From a virus (Duplodnaviria; Caudoviricetes), in the IMG/VR virus record IMGVR_UViG_2639762779_000001, positions 76,320-140,319 of that record: a stretch of DNA of 64,000 nt; one strand, written 5' to 3'. Made by a program: the position numbers and the translations under genes. The notes under the pieces are model-generated. The model was given only the letters and a program-made list of their open reading frames with translations, did not search any database and had not been told where the DNA came from. Shown here one piece after another: positions 58,008 through 64,000 of the stretch; within the stretch, counting starts at the first letter, position 1, and each line of letters begins with the position of its first letter.

Positions 58008-59009
58008 ATGATGTCAACCATGACAAAAAACAGCGTTGACCATCCGGACGATCACGAAGCCAAGATCGCCCGCCCGACCGAGCTTGCCCTCGAACGGGTG
58101 GCCACGCTTGCCGACATCGAAAGCCGACAGCCGGACAGCAAGGAAATCTGGTACGGCCATTCAATCCTCACCAGCACCCTGTTTCCGGCCACTCCCCCAG
58201 CGGAAGGCACCCCCTTCGTCAGCAAGGACAACAACACCGTCGAATATATCCTCGAAGCCGGTATCGATAGCCTCACCCGATCGAGGGACTACCCGTATGG
58301 GAAATACCCTCGGCTGCTGATGGCATGGATGGCCAAACAGATCAGATCCGCAGGCGCCCGGAAAACCACGACTGTGGATCCGGCGCAGCACACCATCACC
58401 ATTCCAAGCATGTACCAGCTATCCGAAGAACTCGGTATCCCACGCGGAGGCCAATCATCGAAACGCTTGCAGGAACAGTTGCGCCGACTTCTGTTCTGTC
58501 ATATCAGCATCAGGCAGAAGACGGGGTTTGCAGGCAACCGTGACCGGTTCGATTCCGTGAACATGCAGATGGTGAAAGCCGTCAGCTTCCTGAACGACAA
58601 TAACAATCAGGATTTCAGCGGAGCGAAGTTTATTCTCACCGACGAGGTGTGGGACAGGCTTGCCCAAGAGTCAGCTCCGTTCGATACCCGAGCCACCAAC
58701 TATCTGCTGAGCGGCAAATCCGTGCTCCCCTACGACGTGTACGTGTGGCTGACCGGCACGTTCAAGAACCTGCGTCATGACCTCACGTTGGATTGGGATT
58801 GGCTACATGGACGTTTCGGCGACAGCATTAAGGAACGCCGCGTATTCAGAGCCAAGTTCCGTGATGCGTTGAAGAAAGTCCACGAAGTGTATCCCGCCGC
58901 GAACGTGGAAACCACCAGGGACGGCGTCATCCTGCACCCGTCCCCCACGTCAGTACCACCCAAGGCAGAACGGCGTGCATTGGACGAGGGGCGGGGCGAT
59001 TGGCAGTGA
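58008..59009 (+). CDS. repA: plasmid replication initiator (RepA_C family)
   Basis: PYGKYPRLLMAW, L.EQLRRL, YDVYVWL, W..L..RFG, HPSPT; adjacent iterons; start position uncertain. Confidence 0.87.
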   Translation: MMSTMTKNSVDHPDDHEAKIARPTELALERVATLADIESRQPDSKEIWYGHSILTSTLFPATPPAEGTPFVSKDNNTVEYILEAGIDSLTRSRDYPYGKYPRLLMAWMAKQIRSAGARKTTTVDPAQHTITIPSMYQLSEELGIPRGGQSSKRLQEQLRRLLFCHISIRQKTGFAGNRDRFDSVNMQMVKAVSFLNDNNNQDFSGAKFILTDEVWDRLAQESAPFDTRATNYLLSGKSVLPYDVYVWLTGTFKNLRHDLTLDWDWLHGRFGDSIKERRVFRAKFRDALKKVHEVYPAANVETTRDGVILHPSPTSVPPKAERRALDEGRGDWQ

Positions 59010-59047
59010 TAGGCCACTAATCGTCCCGCCCCATTCGCCGATGCTGC

Positions 59048-59209
59048 TCAGTGCTTGACGCAGTCGGTTTTGACGCTGATGCCCTTTTCCAGGCTCAGCG
59101 TTATCGTCTGCGAGCTTTCGCCGCATTTGATGTCCCCCATCACCATTCCAGTAATGGAGACTCCCGCGAACGCCACAATCAACACCAACGCGACTACCAT
59201 TTTCTTCAT
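59048..59209 (-). CDS. 53-aa signal-peptide/TM protein with two Cys (not in ORF track)
   Basis: MKKMVVALVLIVAFAGVSITGMVMGDIKCGESSQTITLSLEKGISVKTDCVKH*. Confidence 0.55.
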   Translation of the reverse strand: MKKMVVALVLIVAFAGVSITGMVMGDIKCGESSQTITLSLEKGISVKTDCVKH

Positions 59210-59366
59210 CGCTACACTCTCTTTCTGGAAGCTCTATGCTTCCCTCTCTGTTAATATTGCGAGCCGGTTTTCTCGACCCAATATGGAATATCGGAGACGA
59301 GCTTTTCCTGCTCGTATGGTTAATATCTGGCGTGTTCGCGATTGAAGCGTTTTTTTCTGAAGTTGA

Positions 59367-60161
59367 TGGCCTATCGGTGTAGCGACACGTGGCCTATCGG
59401 TGCAGTTTTCGATTTTTTTAAAGTTGGTTCGTGGATTGTGTTCTGTGAGCAGTGGCCTATCGGTGCAGTTTTGGTTGCGTGCGGAAACTTTCCCGGCTTC
59501 GAGAACGGGCTGGCTTTTTCCTTTGCCGCGGTAGTGGCCTATCGGTGTAAAACCCGATGTACTGGATAGTGGACTATCGGTGCAATCCCGCCGATTCGTT
59601 GATGGCCTATCGGTGCAGTTTTTTTTGACCGTATTGATGGCCTATCGGTGCAAAGCCTTCCGGTCAGAGTCTCGGATAGGTGGATACCGCAGTTTCCGAC
59701 CGCTATGAAAGGCTTGTGTTCCGCGACTCCGGGAAAATAGTGGCCTATCGGTGTAAAATACCTGATTCCCAGTCCTGCTACGTTTCTTTCCGATAGCCTC
59801 GTGCCCTGTATACTGACCCTATCCGACACTCTTCGCGGATAGTGGACTATCGGTGTAATCAGTAGTGGCCTATCGGTGTAATCGTCTTTGGTGACGGTCT
59901 TCCGGCGTGGAGTATCCCTGCAACGGTAGTGGCCTATCGGTGCAGTTTTAGTGGCCTATCGGTGTCGTTTTCATGGACTATCACTGTCGAATCCGTGGAC
60001 TATCGGTGTAATGAGCCTGCTCAAACCGCTTCTCCCGTAAGGTCTGACGGGCAGTGCTTATAGTCATACTACATACTTGACATACTCTCTTATAGCAGGA
60101 AGAACGAGAACGAACGATAGTGGCCTATCGGTGAATACATTTACACCGATAGGCCACTATC
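59367..60161 (+). repeat. iteron array / putative replication origin (TGG[C/A]CTATCGGTG, ~15 direct copies and 1 inverted)
   Basis: Copies at 59367, 59390, 59453, 59535, 59570, 59603, 59638, 59741, 59843, 59866, 59930, 59952, 59974 (degenerate), 59996, 60121; inverted pair 60116-60161. Confidence 0.85.
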
Positions 60162-60186
60162 TTGATCTCCTAGGAGGTTGCATCCA

Positions 60187-62985
60187 TCAGCTCATTCGTT
60201 GGTACGAGTCGAAAAGAATCCTCAACCGTGCATCATCGTCATCCTTCAACCATTTATCGGCTCCGAATGCGACATCCACAATCTTGTCCAACTCCTCGTG
60301 AGCCTGTCTCAAATCCAATGGCATGTATTTCGGATCATACAGGGTCTTCAGGCTGCTGGTTGGATGAACTGCCCGCACAGAGATTATGTCTTGGCCGGCT
60401 TCAATCAGCTTTGTTCTGACACCTTTATCCAAAGTAGGCGCCGGAAGATTATTCCAAACGACAGTAGATGAAAAACGTCTCCGAGATTCCAGCTTTCCTC
60501 CTGCGATATCTTGCCAGACGGTATACATCCTGGATTCAATCAGAGAAAACAGTAGGCCCGCATCAATTCCACATACGAAACAGCTATCCACAACAATTGA
60601 GTTTTTCACGTAACCGCATGGCATATATTCACGATTCTCAGAAAAGACTCGGGGAATGACGAGTAGGTTCGAGTCAGTTGGATACTCGGTCATCCGGAAG
60701 AGCCAAGGGGTATGCCGGAGCTTGTATGCGTCGCCTGTTTTCTTTGATGTTTCTCTGAATTGTCTGACCATGTTGACTCCTTCACGTAGGAATTTGGATT
60801 TTTTCGATTTCGTCCGGTTCCACGTCAACAAGCCATAAACACCACCTGTCCTTGCCTTTGATGAGTTCGTCGGCGCCTACGCATTTGCGTACGTATTTCG
60901 CAGCGATCGGGTCGTTCATGGCCTGTTTGTATTCGGCTTGGGTTTTCAGCATCAGTCCTCCGCCGTCCGCGGGCTTCAACCCACTGACGGCGGAGGACTG
61001 TGAACCCAATGGTGTCATGCGTTTACTGATGAAGATATCCGGGCCGGGAATCAGATACGGGTTGATATGCGGCACGGTTTCAACCTGATCCAGCTTGTAC
61101 AACGTGGCATTGCCGTGAGCCATACGGGTAAACCCAGTGACGATCACGGAAACACCGGCGACAATCCTTGACTGGGCATCCCATTTGAAACTGGTGCGGG
61201 CGAACTTGATATGCCAACCGTCATCGATCAACGGTTTGAACAGGGCGGCTACCGGCTGGCCTTGGCAGATGCTGTTCGTGGACACGAACGCGAACTCGGC
61301 GCCTGGTTTCACGCAATATTGGGAGGCCTTGCGAAACCAGCAGGTCACATAATCCAGGTATCCGTCGTATTGGTCGCCCCATACGAGTCGCATGTCCTCG
61401 CGTTGCTCGTCGGTTTTCTGCGATTGGCCGATGAACGGCGGGTTGCCCATCACGTAATCGCATTCCATGCCGGGCAGGAGCGTGTTCCAGTCGAGTCTAA
61501 GCGCATTTGTTTCGAGAATGTGCGCGGTGTCTTTGAATGGGAGTCGCGGCACGCCGCTGATGCTGCTGCTGGTGTCGTCGAGCATCTGCTGTTCGGCTAT
61601 CCATAAGGCGGTTCGTGCCACGGCGCAGGCGAAACCGTTGATTTCGATTCCGTAGAAATGATCGATGGACACGTGGATGTTGTTGACGGTGTCGCCCATA
61701 TCGAGCTGCAATTGGCTGGCTGGCAGCGTGTTCTTCATGGTGACGAGGTCTTTGATGATCCGGTTCTCCATGCGTCGTAGTTCGAGGAACGTTTCGGTCA
61801 GGAAGTTTCCGGAACCACAGGCGGGGTCAAGGAACTTGAGGCTGCCGATATGCTGTTGCAATGCCATCAACGCTTTGGTTCTCGCGCCGCCCGCGATGGG
61901 ACTGTTTTCGGCATGCTCCAGTTCGGCTTTCAAATCGTCGAGGAACAGGGGTCAATGACCCGGTGAATGTTACGGACGCTTGTATAGTGCATGCCGCCTT
62001 TACGGCGTTCGTCACGGCTCAGCGTCTCCTCCATCAAGGAACCGAAGATGACCGGGCTGATGTCACGCCAGTCGAACTTTTCACTGATCAGCAGTAGCGT
62101 GTCGCGTAGCTCTCCGGTCAACGGTGGCACGTCTATGAGCTCGTTGAACAGGCCGCCATCCACATACGGGAAGGATTTGAGCCGTGGATCGGGATATTTG
62201 GGCCGGTTCTCGGGTGCTGTGTCCAGGTAGAGGAACAGATCATACAGGTCGGTGTGCAGCCTGTCCGGCGAACTGTGCTCCACATAATCATGGAAGGCGT
62301 TTGCCATGAACAGGCCCGCATCCTCCGCATACAGGCAGAATACGATACGCACCGTGATCATCGCCAACGCCATGTGTTCGACCGGATCGTCAGGGTTCGG
62401 GAAGCATTTCGCCAACGCGTCATGCAACTGGGCCACGTAGATGCCGGCTTTGACGCTCAGCTCCTCCTGTTGGACGACACGAATGGTCTCCTTTGTGGAT
62501 TCGCGTTGGAACAGGCGCGCCAGTTCGTTGACATGATTCGGTAGATCCGCGAGAGTGAACTCGGATTGTGGTTTGCTGGCGATCCAATCCTGTTCGAGGT
62601 CGTAGATGCGGAATCGGCCGAAATTGCAGGTGATCAGTACGGTCGGTTTTCCCGATGGCGGCAGATTGTCCGCATACCGTTTCGCCTGTTGGATTGGTGT
62701 GAGCATCAATCCTTGGCGTTTCTCCGGCTTGTCCAAGTCCACGCCCAATGATTTCTGTTCCACCAAGACACGGGATTTGATCATCAGCACGTCGATGTAC
62801 CCGTTCAATCCGGTTTTTCGTTCGAAACATACGGTTTTCGGATTGTTCGTGTCAGATAGTTGCAGCACGTCCTGCAACAGTTCCATCCAGAAGCTTCTTG
62901 CTTCGCTTTTCTCGTTGCCACGGTTCTGCCAGTTCTGGGCGAAAAGGGTGGCACGGTTCCTGAGTCCGGTGAGAGTGTTGTCCAC
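60187..62985 (-). pseudogene. MmeI-family type IIL RM enzyme, copy 2, with two homopolymer frameshifts
   Basis: Three ORFs collinear with copy 1; breaks at G4 61948-61951 and T6 60799-60804. Confidence 0.88.
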
Positions 62986-63142
62986 TTGATTTTTCCTTGC
63001 GGAGTCAAGCGACGGCCATGATTCTTCTTGCTTTCGGGGATTCCACCGGACAAAGGAAATCCTTGGACAAGGCCGTGGCCTATCGCTGTATTTTTTGCGG
63101 AACGTCGCCCCTCTTCTGCGATGATCCACCTGTTTCTGTTGT

Positions 63143-64000
63143 CTAATCGGTTGTTTCGGCGGCTTCTTCGGCCATTTGAATGCGTTCTCCAATCCATCGC
63201 ATGACCGGTACGGCCATGCTGTTGCCTAACGCCTTGTAACGGGCCCCGTCCGGAGCGTGCCCCTTGTTTCGATATGGAATATCGGTGTAATCGTCGGGAA
63301 AGCCTTGCAGGCGTTCGCATTCTCGTGGGGTCAAGCGGCGGACGGTAAGCCCGTCCTCTGTACGCTCTTCTGCGTCGGCGGTGATGCTCGTATCCTGCTG
63401 GGATAATGAGCCTTTTCCTTCGTCGGAGTCGTCTGCCGGATAGATGAACGGCGGGTCCTTCTTCGCATGCGAAGTCAAGGTAGGAGCCAGATTCACACTG
63501 GTCATCGCATTCGTCTGACCGTCAGCCCGGCAAATATACGTCTGCTGTTTGGCTCCCTGACGCACTACCAGCGCTCCGGCGACATCCCCCTGTTCTCGAC
63601 TATCATCACACTGGTTCTGAGCGAATGCTACAACCGGGTTATGATCGGTCTTCAACGTGGGGCTTATCTCCCCTAAGCCGAGGCTTCGGGCTTTTGACCC
63701 CTGATTGTAGAGGAATGCGACCGGTTGCACTTGTATCAGTGGAACCTGGTTGCCTCCGGTTCCGGCCCGTGCGGTCAATGTCTGGCTGACATCATCATGC
63801 GCGTATCGGAGTCTGGCATCGGTTGGATTGAAATCCAACGCAGCCACTGCGGTACTGTTCGTCCGATCCAACGTGTTCATCACATCGTCCTGTTTGACGA
63901 GTTTCCCGTTGCTGCCGGTTTGCGCTGTCTGGCAAAGCCAGACACCATCGGAATCCTCACGCTGTATGAGGACGGAAGAGGGGTGTTCCGTCCTCAACAT
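63143..64000 (-). CDS. dcm: C5 cytosine DNA methyltransferase, C-terminal part
   Basis: RRLTPRECERLQGFPD and YKALGNSMAVPV (motifs IX and X) after a long variable region. Confidence 0.9.
   Translation of the reverse strand: MLRTEHPSSVLIQREDSDGVWLCQTAQTGSNGKLVKQDDVMNTLDRTNSTAVAALDFNPTDARLRYAHDDVSQTLTARAGTGGNQVPLIQVQPVAFLYNQGSKARSLGLGEISPTLKTDHNPVVAFAQNQCDDSREQGDVAGALVVRQGAKQQTYICRADGQTNAMTSVNLAPTLTSHAKKDPPFIYPADDSDEGKGSLSQQDTSITADAEERTEDGLTVRRLTPRECERLQGFPDDYTDIPYRNKGHAPDGARYKALGNSMAVPVMRWIGERIQMAEEAAETTD

Noticed and set aside
59367-60161. Possible CRISPR array
   Set aside because: Repeat is only ~13 bp with start-to-start spacing from ~22 to over 100 bp; no cas genes; adjacent to repA

Overview
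High-GC actinobacterial (Bifidobacterium-like) DNA that reads as part of a large conjugative megaplasmid of the pMP7017 type. This attribution is inferred from gene content, not from a search. Left part: a truncated IS3, two very large sortase-anchored surface proteins, ssb, an amino-methyltransferase, a GT2, CHAP and NlpC/P60 hydrolases, three paralogous exported lectin-like proteins and a sortase. Two TnpB-encoding IS200/IS605 elements have ends that can be reconstructed exactly. Middle part: a long minus-strand run of phage/plasmid-type genes (MmeI-type RM, ATPase plus RloB/TOPRIM-like pair, two R2K-like ATP-grasp proteins, Lar, MazG-like, ASCH, HAD phosphatase, RNA ligase), interrupted by a Phd/YafQ toxin-antitoxin pair. 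Right part: a 5-kb minus-strand RNA array (17 tRNAs, 2 degenerate tRNAs, an anticodon-less tRNA, a tmRNA and structured spacers), repA with about 15 iterons, a second frameshifted MmeI-type gene and a partial C5 methyltransferase. The main observations are a ~40-bp promoter/operator module repeated 7-8 times, a possible plasmid-borne tRNA supply/repair system, an unexplained ~250-nt structured RNA in the array, and three exported paralogs that all end in a lone B-repeat first strand. Several single-base frameshifts may be assembly errors.
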